DNA from: an uncultured Acidobacteriota bacterium
GTDB taxonomy: Bacteria; Acidobacteriota; UBA6911; RPQK01; JAPXNP01
NCBI GenBank assembly: GCA_963777605.1
Contig: CAVZRV010000007.1
Span: 704,001 to 768,000, forward strand
Direction of reading: 5' to 3'
Length of the DNA stretch: 64,000 bases
Position numbers and translations under genes: made by a program. Shown here in pieces: positions 40,901 to 51,251 of the stretch. Each line of letters starts with the position of its first letter. Position 1 is the stretch's first letter. The notes below the pieces were generated by a model, which did no database searches, was not told the DNA's origin, and saw only the letters and a program-made list of their open reading frames with translations.

Positions 40901-41046
40901 GCTACTGCGAATTCGTCTCACTCTGCCGTCGCTTCGACCGCGTGTCGATGGGCACTGTGATCAAGTTGATGAGTCAAAGGGCGTCAGCACGCTTCCGCGT
41001 CCTTCGCGGGGCTTCATCGTCGGAGGGACCGAATGTCGATCACTGA
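37906..41046 (+). CDS. addB: AddB-like subunit: degenerate helicase plus PD-(D/E)XK nuclease
   Basis: SVTSLETLARCPFRF, RGSLVH, GVVDRID, VDYKT, C-terminal CRYCEFVSLC (four-Cys Fe-S staple); overlaps the addA-like gene. Confidence 0.82.
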   Translation: MSLRIVRSPSFRDLLTRLIADVQAECRRAPFDPKWVLTPTSVVATQVRTAFATASDSPQMGIRVAPLSQLVHRLYREKTQVPPVRWDPFLDTLLSSFVAAAQKDDAFPGLLIENDGHSLLLPTFLDLAEAGFGPEQSELLREFAGERDLEDRAKATLLLYLNWIQTLDDLDYPWLPRLQLHMTRRLKEMPRRAVLRALAAEQEQEATIFLFGFYDFTDLNLETVAALSSQVPVNLLVPGLEKQGIQPGSPYHLTQELVEDLSVRVTSATHEWHLPSDPCTRFFLDTFPEGVLGEQPDFLSFQKVYGMHSEALAAAVRARRWLDQVPDLNSEEILIVVPDTSTYYSHLRIAFEQFRLPLDFPDLELETSPGLTALGGLTQLLATGAATEWLFDYCREFPEVAHKLLAHPESFERKLRKISFPGGPAAWTGLWDQIQSDRAHIEAALGTLSDDEIRFIREVIELWLDEGRPNSSLSAEAACAWLGKISRWLPDPSLLAEVIESVKEIAEGAGDRHFNRQALLRLALRTTAPDSAPSSPDLPSIRALSYMKARGLSCRGLIFLGLSSVNFPRLVEEDSLLPDAIRRQIASRAQALGHRLPIKSRVSEEMTLLFSVLNTSAEFVHWVIPESDENGRAVAPSPYVLRYLNRWAGQEFARPFSRRVPRSPLQQAEWLSSLDPSKGSYIPPETLAWWLQATSPTNSRSIPEPTVSLPVDEPDPERQGWIPGAQLRSGEKPLSLSVTSLETLARCPFRFWGERIARLEPLPLASWTGTITPLERGSLVHASLAALVQSHPGASIQSIAQKAAARGAIESSLQCLPPEYLRLSLLPESIRRALLRDIAEIVASYLTALADGTCRDGIPRAAECRLTTDIPSLPGCALVGVVDRIDVAQGKAWVVDYKTSKSPFRKRERPEEAEAVACGFLLQPSLYPWLVENSLKHPVEGFSYVYLGDPPPVEVHFDEIPPADELFRQFKPILENRLFVPTPNEFYAAIERDNLQSCRYCEFVSLCRRFDRVSMGTVIKLMSQRASARFRVLRGASSSEGPNVDH

Positions 41047-44000
41047 CTACGCTGAGCGGCGCGGAGCCATCCTGACCGAAAGCCATGCCTTCGTCCAAGC
41101 CAGCGCAGGCACTGGAAAGACGCACACCCTGACACTTCGCGCGTTTTTCCTCCTGTGCCGGTTCGGTGGAACCGCGCTCTTCTCTCCTTCCCGGTCGAAA
41201 CGAATGTCCACGGCAAGGGAGGCAGTTCGCAGTCTGGTATTGACGACCTTTACTCGGAAAGCGGCTGCAGAGATGCAGACCCGCCTCTACCGCTACCTCG
41301 ACTTCATCGTAGCCGCCCCGGATTGCGAGGCTCTGCGCACCGAAGAGTCCCTCCAATGGGACTCCCTCTTCCTGGAAATTGTCGAATACCTTGTTGACCA
41401 TTTCTGCAGCGGCAGTTTCGACGTCTTCCGTGCAGGAATTGAATGCCTCGCCGAACTGGCTTCAGAAATGAACATCACGACCCTCCATGGCTACTCGGCG
41501 GGAATTCTGAAGCGCCATCCCGTCGAATCGGCGATCCCCCCGTGGTGTCGTTTCGCCGAGGAAGACGAGGACGATCTTTCCGACTTCGAGGATCGACTGG
41601 TCGATCGATGGTGGCAAACCGAGGCAGTGACCAACCCCGTCATTAAAGAACTCTTCGACGAGGTCTTGCGGGAGATCTCCCTCGACCAGCTTCGGAACTG
41701 GTTCAAGCTGGTTGCCCGGGCACCTTCCCTTTGCAGGAGACTCGACCAGTTCCCGTCCTTGCCGGAGCAACGCGCGGAGCGGGTAATCCAGGCCCTGCAG
41801 TGGCTCGCCTGCACCCTCCAGGGACTCAAAGGAGCCAAGCTCGTTAGAACAGGTCGAGAGTTGGAGGACCTGGTTTTGCCCGATCCTGGGCCGGCCTCCT
41901 GGCGGCAGATCTGCGGGTTTCTGGACCGCAATCAGAAGTACCTTTTTACCGGCAAAACGAAGTCGCTGAACGCAGCCCTCGCCGAGGCTCCTGCCCCGAT
42001 CAGGGATGAATTGGACGACTACTATGCTCTCTACGGCACGGCTCTCTCAAAAGTCCTCTCAACCGAGTTGGCCGCGGCCTGGGAAGCCTGGACTCGCCTG
42101 GTGACCGACTTTGCAGAATGGCAACGATCGGCCCGGCTGAACGACCTGGGTCTGTTGACCTTCGACGACATGATCACCCGCTGCGTGGAACTCCTCCGCA
42201 ACCACGACGCAGTCCGAAAGGCCGAACACCGGCGAATCCGCGCCTTGCTGGTGGACGAATTCCAGGATACCGACCGGGCTCAACTCCAACTCCTCTCTCT
42301 GCTGCTCGCGAAACAGCCGGGCGACAACCACGAGCCGATTGGCTTCTTCGTGGGGGATTCCAAACAGTCGATCTACCGGTTTCGCGGGGCAGACGTTCCG
42401 TCGGTCAACCGGTTCAGGGAACGCTACCAGTCACTGATCGGGATCGAGAGCCCTCCGCGAATGTTCCAGCTGCAAACCAGCTTTCGGTCGTCCGACCAGT
42501 TGATCGAATTCACGAACCGGCTCTTTTCCGACGACATCCCGCTGGCAACAGACACCGAACAACTCGTCCCCTTCCATGGACCGGGGAAGGGCCCGCCGGA
42601 GATTCTCGTCCCTGTGAAAGACCCCGAGATCGAGGTCCATTCGGCCGGTGCCTCCCGTGAAATGAGCGTCAACGCCCTTCTCTCGGTTGTCAGCGAATGG
42701 ATGGAAGGCCCCAGGCGGAAATTCAAAGACATCATGATTCTGACCCGCAGCAATCACGAACTCGATCTGATCCTTCCAGCCATGCTGCATGCCGGGGTCC
42801 CCGTGGTCGCTTCCGGTGCCAAGACCTTCTATCGGCACCCTGAAGTTCTGGATCTTCTAAACCTCCTGATCGCACTGCACCATCCTGACGACAGTCTCGC
42901 CACGGCCGCCACCCTCCGCGCTCCCCTATTCAACCTCACGGATGATCAGATCGATCGAATCCTCAGAGAAATGACCGCCCCGGCGATTTTTCACGGCCCT
43001 GCGGAAGTTCCCAAGTGGTTTCCCCAGGCCGAGTCGGAGAAAATCGCGGAATTACGCCGTCTGGTGACAGAACGGCACAGCACCTACCTGCCCGACTGGC
43101 TGATCGAGGTTCGCCGTCACTTCCCGATGACGTCTTATACCGACCCGAGGGACTGTGAAGGCCGCGCTCTCGCCCGGGTGGACAAAGTGCTGACGTCGTT
43201 TCAGAAGGTGCGCCTCTCCGGGAGCAACCCGCCGATTGTCTGGCTCGTTCAGCAGCGCCAGCGGGCCGCGGAAGCAGATCGCTGGGATGCCGAGATGGGA
43301 GAGGATGTGGCTCTCACCGATGAAACGGTCGATGCAGTCCGAGCCCTGACAGTGCACAAAGCCAAAGGACTTGAAGCCCCCCTGGTCATCCTTTTCGACT
43401 GGGGAGGCCTGATGCGGAGCACCCAATCACCCCGGCTGGAGAGTCCGCCATTGCTCGCGGCACCCAGTCGATCGGAAAGACTTGGTCTCGAGTTCAAGCT
43501 GCCCTGGGGCGACTTGTCCATTCTTTCGCCCGGATACCCGGAAGCCCTCGAGCGCGAACAGGAAGAATGTCGAAAAGAAGCCTGGAACCTGGCCTACGTG
43601 GCAGCGACCCGTGCCCGTGATCACGCCGTTCTTCTCGTCCCCCCCCGAAAGGAAGCCCGGTTTGCCATAGACCATGCGACCGGAGCATCCGAACGGGGAA
43701 TCGTCACCCTTCGGTGTCAGTCCTTTGAAAAACTGCACATCCAGACTGCCGCACCAGATCGGCGGGACCTTGACCGGGGGGAACATGCCAGTTTGTGGAA
43801 TTCCCGAAAGGAGCCGACCGACCGCAAGATTACCTACCACCCCAGCCACCTCGAAGACGATCGAGATCAACCACCTTCACTTGAAAAACGGCCGGTTTCC
43901 TCGTCAGACCCAGGACTGGGAAGCCAGGTGGGCCGGTTGGTCCACCGTTACCTGGAATGCCATCTCGAGGCTTCCTCGCTCGACCGTTCCAGCCTGGAGG

Positions 44001-44377
44001 GTCTGGCAGTTGAACTCGGTTTGGAGAAGAGCGGTCCTGAGGTCAGTAATGCCGCCGGCATCCTGGAACGGTTCCTGGCAGGAGAGACAGTAGACGGGGC
44101 CGGGTACCCCCTCATCACCCGCATCCGGAACGGACAGATCCTCGCCCGGGAACTGCCGGTATTTCTAACGTTCCAGGGAAAAGCCTGGAGCGGCGTTATC
44201 GACCTGATTTTATCTGAAGGAGCAAAGACAACCGGGATTGATTACAAAACCGGGTCGGCTGAGGGGAACCTGGGCCGCATTTACGCCCAGCAAAAGACGA
44301 TTTACCGGGAAGCGCTCTCACGAAGTCTGCCTGGAGCAGATGTGGCGTTCGAATTCTGGTGGCTCGGTTCCTCCTGA
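41033..44377 (+). CDS. addA: AddA-like UvrD helicase-nuclease
   Basis: ASAGTGKT, TFTRKAAAEM, DEFQDT, GDSKQSIYRFRGAD, TVHKAKGLE, YVAATRARD; C-terminal GVIDL...IDYKT nuclease. Confidence 0.88.
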   Translation: MSITDYAERRGAILTESHAFVQASAGTGKTHTLTLRAFFLLCRFGGTALFSPSRSKRMSTAREAVRSLVLTTFTRKAAAEMQTRLYRYLDFIVAAPDCEALRTEESLQWDSLFLEIVEYLVDHFCSGSFDVFRAGIECLAELASEMNITTLHGYSAGILKRHPVESAIPPWCRFAEEDEDDLSDFEDRLVDRWWQTEAVTNPVIKELFDEVLREISLDQLRNWFKLVARAPSLCRRLDQFPSLPEQRAERVIQALQWLACTLQGLKGAKLVRTGRELEDLVLPDPGPASWRQICGFLDRNQKYLFTGKTKSLNAALAEAPAPIRDELDDYYALYGTALSKVLSTELAAAWEAWTRLVTDFAEWQRSARLNDLGLLTFDDMITRCVELLRNHDAVRKAEHRRIRALLVDEFQDTDRAQLQLLSLLLAKQPGDNHEPIGFFVGDSKQSIYRFRGADVPSVNRFRERYQSLIGIESPPRMFQLQTSFRSSDQLIEFTNRLFSDDIPLATDTEQLVPFHGPGKGPPEILVPVKDPEIEVHSAGASREMSVNALLSVVSEWMEGPRRKFKDIMILTRSNHELDLILPAMLHAGVPVVASGAKTFYRHPEVLDLLNLLIALHHPDDSLATAATLRAPLFNLTDDQIDRILREMTAPAIFHGPAEVPKWFPQAESEKIAELRRLVTERHSTYLPDWLIEVRRHFPMTSYTDPRDCEGRALARVDKVLTSFQKVRLSGSNPPIVWLVQQRQRAAEADRWDAEMGEDVALTDETVDAVRALTVHKAKGLEAPLVILFDWGGLMRSTQSPRLESPPLLAAPSRSERLGLEFKLPWGDLSILSPGYPEALEREQEECRKEAWNLAYVAATRARDHAVLLVPPRKEARFAIDHATGASERGIVTLRCQSFEKLHIQTAAPDRRDLDRGEHASLWNSRKEPTDRKITYHPSHLEDDRDQPPSLEKRPVSSSDPGLGSQVGRLVHRYLECHLEASSLDRSSLEGLAVELGLEKSGPEVSNAAGILERFLAGETVDGAGYPLITRIRNGQILARELPVFLTFQGKAWSGVIDLILSEGAKTTGIDYKTGSAEGNLGRIYAQQKTIYREALSRSLPGADVAFEFWWLGSS

Positions 44378-44388
44378 AACCCCAGTTT

Positions 44389-44946
44389 TTACTCTCGCAA
44401 GTCGGGGTCTTGCTGCCAGAGAACGTCCGGTGCTCCCGCATCCCGATTAATGATCCGCGCAGCCACGAAGAGGAGGTCGGAGAGGCGATTGAGGTACTTC
44501 AGCCCTTCCGGGTTAACGGTTTGCTGTTCCATTAAGGTCACGAATTTTCGCTCCGCCCGGCGGCACACCGCTCGAGCAACGTGGCATGCCGCTGCTGCAG
44601 GAACCCCGCCGGGCAGGATGAAGTTGGCAAGGGGCTCCAGTTGTTCGTTGAAGCGGTCCAGCATCCCCTCCAATTTCTCGACCTGCTCCTGCTCGATGAG
44701 CTTGTGTCCGGGGACAGACAGTTCTCCGCCCAGATCGAAAAGGTCATGTTGGATATCCACCAGGACAGACCGCAACTCGGAACTTAACTCAAGGCTGAGC
44801 AGGACGCCCAATTGGCTGTTCAATTCGTCGATGTCTCCGGTGCAGTCAACGCGGGGGTCGTTCTTGGAGACCCGGCTGCCGTCGCCCAAGCCGGTGGTCC
44901 CCAAGTCACCCGTCCTGGTGTAAATCTTCGAAAGTCTGTAGCCCAT
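44389..44946 (-). CDS. Cob(I)alamin adenosyltransferase (PduO type)
   Basis: KIYTRTGDLGTTGL, GDIDELNS, FILPGG, RAVCRRAER, YLNRLSDLLF. Start at ATG 44946. Confidence 0.94.
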   Translation of the reverse strand: MGYRLSKIYTRTGDLGTTGLGDGSRVSKNDPRVDCTGDIDELNSQLGVLLSLELSSELRSVLVDIQHDLFDLGGELSVPGHKLIEQEQVEKLEGMLDRFNEQLEPLANFILPGGVPAAAACHVARAVCRRAERKFVTLMEQQTVNPEGLKYLNRLSDLLFVAARIINRDAGAPDVLWQQDPDLRE

Positions 44947-45093
44947 CCGGATACGCCGCCTTTCCTTCTGTCCGGGAAACGAGGGCTCCCGGAGATGCAT
45001 CAGATCAAACTGCAAATCACCTGGCAACGGCCCGCCTTCCCGGAGGCATGCCGATCATGTCCTATAATCGTAACCTAGCGATACGGTGGTCGC

Positions 45094-46122
45094 ATGCGCA
45101 TAGCACACATAGAATTCGGCCACAGGCCCATATTCCTGGCACCAATGGAGGATGTCAGCGATCCTCCATTTCGGCGGCTGTGCAAACGGTATGGGGCCGA
45201 TTTGCTCTACACCGAGTTCATCTCCTCCGGGGGACTGGTCTACCAGGCAGAAGACTCGCTCAAGAAACTCGAGTTTCACGAAGACGAACGGCCGGTTGCC
45301 ATTCAGATCTTCGGAGGGGAGATCGAACAGGTTCGCGAAGCCGCCGCAATCGTGGACCGCGCCGAACCCGACATCATTGACATCAACTTCGGCTGCCCGG
45401 TCCGAAAAGTGGTCTGCCAGGACGGTGGAGCCGGCATTCTGCGCAACCTTCCCAAGATGGAAGCCATCGCGGCGGCGGTGGTGGAGGCGACTTCCCGGCC
45501 CGTTACCGTAAAGACGCGACTCGGCTGGGACGACGCAACGATCCGAATCCACGAAGTCGTACGTATGCTGGAGAGTGTCGGAGTCCGTGCCGTTGCGGTT
45601 CATGCTCGGACCCGATCACAGCTGTACAGTGGCTCCGCCCGCTGGTCATGGCTCAGAGAACTCAAGGATTCCTCTTCCGGTCGAATACCCATTATCGGTA
45701 ACGGTGACGCAACAACCCCGGACAAGATTCGGGCAATGTTCGAGGAAACTGGAGTGGACGCTGTCATGATCGGCCGAGGCGCTATCGGCAATCCCTGGAT
45801 CTTCCGGGATGCGAAAGCTCTGCTGGAATCAGGCGAGGTTCCGGCCCCCCCGTCATGGGAGGAACGAGTTGCGGTAGTCGGCGAACATCTCACGATGAAG
45901 AGTGACTGGCTCGGCGAGCGACGGGGAGTACTGGAAATGCGACGTATGTACAGCGGTTACTTCCGGGGGTTCCCGGGTTGCGTCGGGTTCAAGCAGCGCA
46001 TCATGGAGGAAACCACCTGTGGAGGGGTTCTCGAGATTCTGCTCAACAGTTCTCCGGCCGACTTCACGAGATCCAGAATCGCGGTCCCGGAAACAGAGGC
46101 TGTAGGTCCCGAGACCCAATGA
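45094..46122 (+). CDS. dusB: tRNA-dihydrouridine synthase
   Basis: LAPMEDV, DINFGCP, VKTRLGW, HARTR, GNGD, MIGRGAIGNPW. Confidence 0.94.
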   Translation: MRIAHIEFGHRPIFLAPMEDVSDPPFRRLCKRYGADLLYTEFISSGGLVYQAEDSLKKLEFHEDERPVAIQIFGGEIEQVREAAAIVDRAEPDIIDINFGCPVRKVVCQDGGAGILRNLPKMEAIAAAVVEATSRPVTVKTRLGWDDATIRIHEVVRMLESVGVRAVAVHARTRSQLYSGSARWSWLRELKDSSSGRIPIIGNGDATTPDKIRAMFEETGVDAVMIGRGAIGNPWIFRDAKALLESGEVPAPPSWEERVAVVGEHLTMKSDWLGERRGVLEMRRMYSGYFRGFPGCVGFKQRIMEETTCGGVLEILLNSSPADFTRSRIAVPETEAVGPETQ

Positions 46123-46289
46123 TCCCACCGGATTGATCGGCCAGGCCGGACCCGTCGAAAGGGACCAATTCTGCGCGGGGAGTCGCGGCGAACGGTTCTT
46201 TGCCCCCCAAGGACGTTTCCGAATCTCAACCGAGAATAGGTAGAATAACGTTTTTGCAATCGGGGACCGCACTGGAGGAAGAGGTAACT

Positions 46290-47630
46290 ATGGAGATCGT
46301 ACCCGGTCATCTGGTCTGTATCGTAGGCGGCGGAATTGCGGGCTCCGAGGCCGCAAATCGACTGACGAGCCGCGGAATACGCACCATCGTGATTGAGCAG
46401 GGCGCAGTCCCCTGGGGAAAAATTGAACTGGGTCTTCCGAAATGGCACGCCAAGCAGAGAGACCAGGAGGAAGCCGGTATCGACGATAAACTGGCTCACC
46501 CGCTGGTTCACTACCTACCCGGCACAAGGGTCGGGGCGGATCTTTCGATTCGGGATATCGCTGATTGGGGTGTCAGCGCGGTGCTTCTGGCAGTCGGCGC
46601 CTGGCGAGACCGCCCTCTCGATCTTCCCGACATTCATGATTTCCTCGACAAGGGTTTTGTCTACCAGAACCCCTTTGTTTCCTGGTTCAATCAGTATCAC
46701 GATCCGCGCTATCAGGGACCCCATCTCGAGATCCCGGACGGAGCCATCGTAGTGGGCGGAGGGCTGGCGTCACTCGACGTGGTCAAGATCCTGATGCTGG
46801 AAACCACGATCAACGCCCTCGCCAGACTGGGCATTAAGGTCGATCTCTTCACGCTCGAGAAGAAAGGTATTCCCAAGACCCTCGACGCCCTGGGCGTCAC
46901 CTGGGAATCCCTCGGGCTCAAGGGATGTACGCTGTTTTACCGTCGCGGCCCCGAGCACATGCCCCTGATTCCCCTCGACGACGATCCCACGCCGGAACGT
47001 CTCGCCCAGGCCGAGAAAGTGCGCGTCAAGCTGCTTCAGAACGCCCAGGACAAGTACCTGTTCGGTTTCCAGCCCTACTCGATTCCGGTCGACACGATCG
47101 CGGAGGCCGGTCACCTCAAGGGCTTGATCTTCCGCAAGACGGCAGTCCACGAGGGGCGGGTCAAGGAGATACCCGGCAGCGAATTCAGCGTTCAGGGCCC
47201 CCTCGTCATTGCCTCGATCGGAAGCCTTCCCGAGCCGATCCCCCATCTGCCGCTCGACCGGGAACTGTTCCACCTGGAAGAAGAATCGACCTGCAGGGTA
47301 AAAGGGTTTGACAATGTGTTTGCCCTCGGAAACGCGGTCACCGGGCGGGGCAACATCCGGGCGTCCCGCATGCACGCCCGGGAAACGGCTGACTGGGTCA
47401 TCGACCAGTTCCTCCATTGGACAGTTCAGGACCTCGAGGTCCTGAACCGACTCGCCCTGCTTCAGGACAGCGAGTTGGAGGAATTCTGCCGGACAAAGAA
47501 CATCCTCTCCACAAACCAGATTCGATCCATCCTGGCAGAGGTAGCCGAACTGCAGCAGGAAGTCGGTTACGACGGCAATTACCGGCAGTGGATCGAGGCC
47601 AACCGGCCCCTGCGACTGGAGCATTTATGA
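46290..47630 (+). CDS. FAD-dependent pyridine nucleotide oxidoreductase (ferredoxin-NADP reductase/GltD-like, no Fe-S domain)
   Basis: Two Rossmann motifs (IVGGGIAGSEAA, VVGGGLASLDV), YRR, FALGNAVTG. Start at ATG 46290 after GAGGT. Confidence 0.82.
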   Translation: MEIVPGHLVCIVGGGIAGSEAANRLTSRGIRTIVIEQGAVPWGKIELGLPKWHAKQRDQEEAGIDDKLAHPLVHYLPGTRVGADLSIRDIADWGVSAVLLAVGAWRDRPLDLPDIHDFLDKGFVYQNPFVSWFNQYHDPRYQGPHLEIPDGAIVVGGGLASLDVVKILMLETTINALARLGIKVDLFTLEKKGIPKTLDALGVTWESLGLKGCTLFYRRGPEHMPLIPLDDDPTPERLAQAEKVRVKLLQNAQDKYLFGFQPYSIPVDTIAEAGHLKGLIFRKTAVHEGRVKEIPGSEFSVQGPLVIASIGSLPEPIPHLPLDRELFHLEEESTCRVKGFDNVFALGNAVTGRGNIRASRMHARETADWVIDQFLHWTVQDLEVLNRLALLQDSELEEFCRTKNILSTNQIRSILAEVAELQQEVGYDGNYRQWIEANRPLRLEHL

Positions 47631-48835
47631 ATCACGCTGATCCCGAGCCGGCCGCCGGTTCGGATGCCCCCGAACTTCCTGCAAGTGTGCGCACGGTCCA
47701 CTTGGGCGAAAGACAGATCTACCTGGTCGGAACGGCCCATGTTTCCCGGGAGAGCGTGTCCGAAGTTCGACAGACCATCGAAGCCCTGCGACCGGATGTG
47801 GTCTGTGTGGAGCTGGATGAGGGGCGCTACCAGAACCTGACCGACCTGAGCCGATGGAAGAAGACCAACATCAGCGAGGTAATCCGCAAAGGGAAGGCGA
47901 TGCTCCTGCTGAGTTCCCTGATCATGACCTCCTTCCAACGGCGGATCGGTAAGAAGCTGGGGGTGATACCGGGAGCGGAGCTCCTCGAAGCCGTCAACGC
48001 CGCCCGCGACGTCGATGCCCGCGTCGTGCTGGCCGATCGGGACATCCAGATCACGCTCAAGCGCACGTGGAGCAAATTTCGACTCCTGGATCGCATCAAG
48101 GTTGCCGGGCAACTGGCTGCCAGTCTGTTTGTTTCCGATGAAATCGACGAGAAAACGATCGAGGAACTGAAGCAGCAGGAGAAGCTGGGCGACGTGCTGC
48201 AATTGCTCGCCGACGAATTCCCTTCGATGAAGGGAGGGCTGATCGACGAGCGGGACATCTACCTTTCTCAGCGCATCAGGGAAGCCGGGGGCAAGCGGGT
48301 GGTTGCGGTAGTCGGTGCGGGTCACGTCCCCGGGATCCTCACCCACCTCGACGAGGATCAGGATCTCGCCCCGCTGGACACCGTTCCGCCGCCATCGACG
48401 GCGGGAAAGATTCTCAAGTGGGGGATTCCGGCCCTGATCATTTGCCTTCTTGCCTACGGGTTCATCACTGGCAACTCCGACCAGTCGCTGCAGTCCATCT
48501 ACATCTGGTTCTTTGTCCACGGAGTCCTTTCCGCTCTCGGTGCGGCCGCCGCGCTCGGCCACCCATTGACCGTCCTCTCCGCCTTCCTGGCTTCTCCCTT
48601 AACGAGCCTGAATCCCATGATTGCCGCGGGCTGGGTAAGCGGACTCGTCCAGGCGCTGGTCAAGAAACCCAAAGTAGAGGACCTGGAGAACCTGCCCGAA
48701 GCAATCACTTCGGTCAAAGGCTTCTGGACGAATCCCGTGTGCCGCATCCTGCTCGTGGTTGCCTTTTCGAACCTGGGCAGCGCGCTTGGAACGTTCGTTG
48801 CGGGAAGCTGGATCGCGGCCAGGATTTTCGGCTGA
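47627..48835 (+). CDS. TraB/GumN family protein with C-terminal TM helices
   Basis: LVGTAHVS, VCVELDEGR, PGAE, LADRDIQITLKR, LIDERD, VVGAGHVPGI, GHPL...SPLTSLNP. Confidence 0.92.
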   Translation: MNHADPEPAAGSDAPELPASVRTVHLGERQIYLVGTAHVSRESVSEVRQTIEALRPDVVCVELDEGRYQNLTDLSRWKKTNISEVIRKGKAMLLLSSLIMTSFQRRIGKKLGVIPGAELLEAVNAARDVDARVVLADRDIQITLKRTWSKFRLLDRIKVAGQLAASLFVSDEIDEKTIEELKQQEKLGDVLQLLADEFPSMKGGLIDERDIYLSQRIREAGGKRVVAVVGAGHVPGILTHLDEDQDLAPLDTVPPPSTAGKILKWGIPALIICLLAYGFITGNSDQSLQSIYIWFFVHGVLSALGAAAALGHPLTVLSAFLASPLTSLNPMIAAGWVSGLVQALVKKPKVEDLENLPEAITSVKGFWTNPVCRILLVVAFSNLGSALGTFVAGSWIAARIFG

Positions 48836-48862
48836 GGCCGGTTTCGTGTTATTCATACTGCG

Positions 48863-49978
48863 ATGGCCGGAAACACCTTTGGAGAGGCATTTCGAATAAC
48901 GACCTGGGGAGAGAGCCACGGAGCTTCGGTCGGTGTGGTTATCGACGGTTGCCCGCCGGGCGTTCGGGTCGATTCCGAAGCCATTCAGCTCGAACTTGAT
49001 CGAAGACGCCCGGGACAAAGCATCCTGACTACCCAGCGCCGGGAAAAGGACCAGGTTGAAATCCTCAGTGGCGTCCTCGAAGGGCGGTCCCTCGGCACTC
49101 CCATTGCCTTGATGGTCCGAAATACCGATGCGCGCTCGCAAGACTACTCCGAAATGGAGACGATCTACCGGCCGTCTCATGCTGACATGACCTATGACTT
49201 CAAGTACGGCCTTCGAAGTTGGGCCGGAGGCGGGCGGGCAAGTGCAAGAGAGACCATCGGACGAGTAGCTGCCGGTGCCGTCGCCCGCGAGTGGCTGAAA
49301 TCGGAGTTTGGCGTGGAAATCGTGGCCTGGGTCCAGCAGGTCCACGAGGTCGCGCTTCAGGCGATCGACTACGACACCATCACGCGTGAACAGGTGGATG
49401 CCAATCCGGTTCGCTGTCCCGATCCTGCCACCGCCGACCGGATGATAAGTGCAGTTGACGAAGCCCGCCGCAGCCGGGATTCCGTTGGCGGTGTCGTCGA
49501 GGTTGTGGCACGCGGCTGTCCAGCCGGCTGGGGCGAACCGGTATTTGACAAACTGGACGCTCTACTCGGGCTGGCCTTCCTTTCGATCCCCGCGGCAAAA
49601 GGGGTTGAAATCGGGAGTGGTTTTCGCGGCACGACGCTCCGAGGCAGTGAACACAACGACGAGTTCATCAAAGTCGGAGGTGAGATCCGGACCCGGACCA
49701 ACAACAGCGGGGGAGTTCAGGGGGGTATCTCGAACGGGATGCCGATCACCGCCCGAGTTGCCTTCAAACCGACTTCCACGATTGCCTCAGAACAACGTTC
49801 GGTGACGTCGTCGGGTGTCGAGACCGTTCTCAAGGCCAAGGGCCGGCACGACCCATGCGTCCTCCCGCGAGCAGTACCCATCGTAGAAGCGATGATGGCC
49901 CTGGTCCTGGTGGACCTGGCACTCCGGGATCGAGGCCAGATCGGACCCCGGGACAAAACGTTGCGGCCGCGCTTCTAG
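48863..49978 (+). CDS. aroC: Chorismate synthase
   Basis: [39 protein letters not shown]. Confidence 0.97.
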   Translation: MAGNTFGEAFRITTWGESHGASVGVVIDGCPPGVRVDSEAIQLELDRRRPGQSILTTQRREKDQVEILSGVLEGRSLGTPIALMVRNTDARSQDYSEMETIYRPSHADMTYDFKYGLRSWAGGGRASARETIGRVAAGAVAREWLKSEFGVEIVAWVQQVHEVALQAIDYDTITREQVDANPVRCPDPATADRMISAVDEARRSRDSVGGVVEVVARGCPAGWGEPVFDKLDALLGLAFLSIPAAKGVEIGSGFRGTTLRGSEHNDEFIKVGGEIRTRTNNSGGVQGGISNGMPITARVAFKPTSTIASEQRSVTSSGVETVLKAKGRHDPCVLPRAVPIVEAMMALVLVDLALRDRGQIGPRDKTLRPRF

Positions 49979-50067
49979 TGCCCTGTAAGGCACCTGTTCC
50001 GAGCACGACAGCATCAACGCCTCCTCCACAGTTGCATACCACGTTCTGATCCGGGACACTGGCTTCC

Positions 50068-51216
50068 ATGAACAATCCGGGCATGATGAAGCGCACGTGG
50101 CTGTACGACTGTCTTTTTGCAATCACCTTCTGTTTGCTCTGGACGCTCACCATTCCAACATCGGTTGCGGCCACCCACTCGATCTTTAACGGGAAGGACC
50201 TCACTGGCTGGACCGAAGTGAACGAGGAAGGGGCGTTTTCGGCGAGCAAAGGAGAACTGGTACTCTCCCAACCTCACCACTACCCAGGCTGGCTGAGAAC
50301 GGACAAGAAATACGAAAACTTTCGGCTGAGCCTCGAGTATCTGACCCCTGGCTGGTGTGAGTCGGGAATCTTCATTCACGCCCCGCTGTACGGCAGGCAA
50401 TCGCGCTCGGGAATCAAGATCCACCTGCGGCACAACAACGAAAACGAAGGCTCCCGATCGGTCGGCGCACTCTACGACATTCTCCCTCCGATGGCGTTGG
50501 TTGCGGACGGGCGCAACCAGTGGAATCGTCTCGAAATTGACTGTGACTGGCCCCATCTCAAGGTAACCCTGAATGGCACCGTCATCCAGGATGTGAACAT
50601 GGAACTGGTTCCCGAATTGCGCTGGCGGATGCGTTCCGGGTACATAGGGATTCAGGATCTGGGTTGCCAAATTCGTTTTCGGAACATTTCGATCGAAGAA
50701 CTTCCCTCCCGGGAGACCTGGAAAGAGCTGTTCAACGGACGGGACCTGACCGGCTGGCACATCAGGGACAACGCTCCGTGGAAGGTTGAGGATGGGAAAA
50801 TCATCTCCGAAGGCGGAGACGGCTACCTGATCACTGACGACACCTTCAGCTCGTTCGTGTTCCAAGTCTTCGTGAAAACCTCAAAACTCGCCAACGGCGG
50901 CATCTTCTTCCGCTGGGGAGTCGATGGCGGTCGCGGTTATGAGACCCAGGTTTTCAACGTTCCCGATGCCACCAATCCGACCGGAAGCATATACGGCGTC
51001 GTTCCCTCGAAAGACCCGTCGTCGCGGGATGGGGAGTGGTTCAGCCTGCAGATTATCTCCGACGGTGCCTACGCTGCGGTCTTTGTCAACGGGGACAAGG
51101 TTGCCGAATCCTCGAGTCTCCCGCTTCGCGACCAGGGTCAAATCGCATTCCAGATGCACCGTGACGGATCAAGGTTGGAGTTTCTCGAGCCGCGGATCAA
51201 GCCGATTCCGCACTGA
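50068..51216 (+). CDS. Exported tandem DUF1080 (3-keto-disaccharide hydrolase-like) protein
   Basis: Signal peptide; two repeats of FNGKDLTGW/FNGRDLTGW...SGIF/GGIF...GALY/GSIY...GYIGIQ/GQIAFQ. Confidence 0.88.
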   Translation: MNNPGMMKRTWLYDCLFAITFCLLWTLTIPTSVAATHSIFNGKDLTGWTEVNEEGAFSASKGELVLSQPHHYPGWLRTDKKYENFRLSLEYLTPGWCESGIFIHAPLYGRQSRSGIKIHLRHNNENEGSRSVGALYDILPPMALVADGRNQWNRLEIDCDWPHLKVTLNGTVIQDVNMELVPELRWRMRSGYIGIQDLGCQIRFRNISIEELPSRETWKELFNGRDLTGWHIRDNAPWKVEDGKIISEGGDGYLITDDTFSSFVFQVFVKTSKLANGGIFFRWGVDGGRGYETQVFNVPDATNPTGSIYGVVPSKDPSSRDGEWFSLQIISDGAYAAVFVNGDKVAESSSLPLRDQGQIAFQMHRDGSRLEFLEPRIKPIPH

Positions 51217-51251
51217 GGTAGCTTATGCGGGATTCGTGCTAAGGTTTCTTA

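Noticed and set aside
37906-44377. Helicase plus nuclease pair as a novel defence system
   Set aside because: Domain order, sizes, overlap and the four-Cys staple fit housekeeping AddAB.
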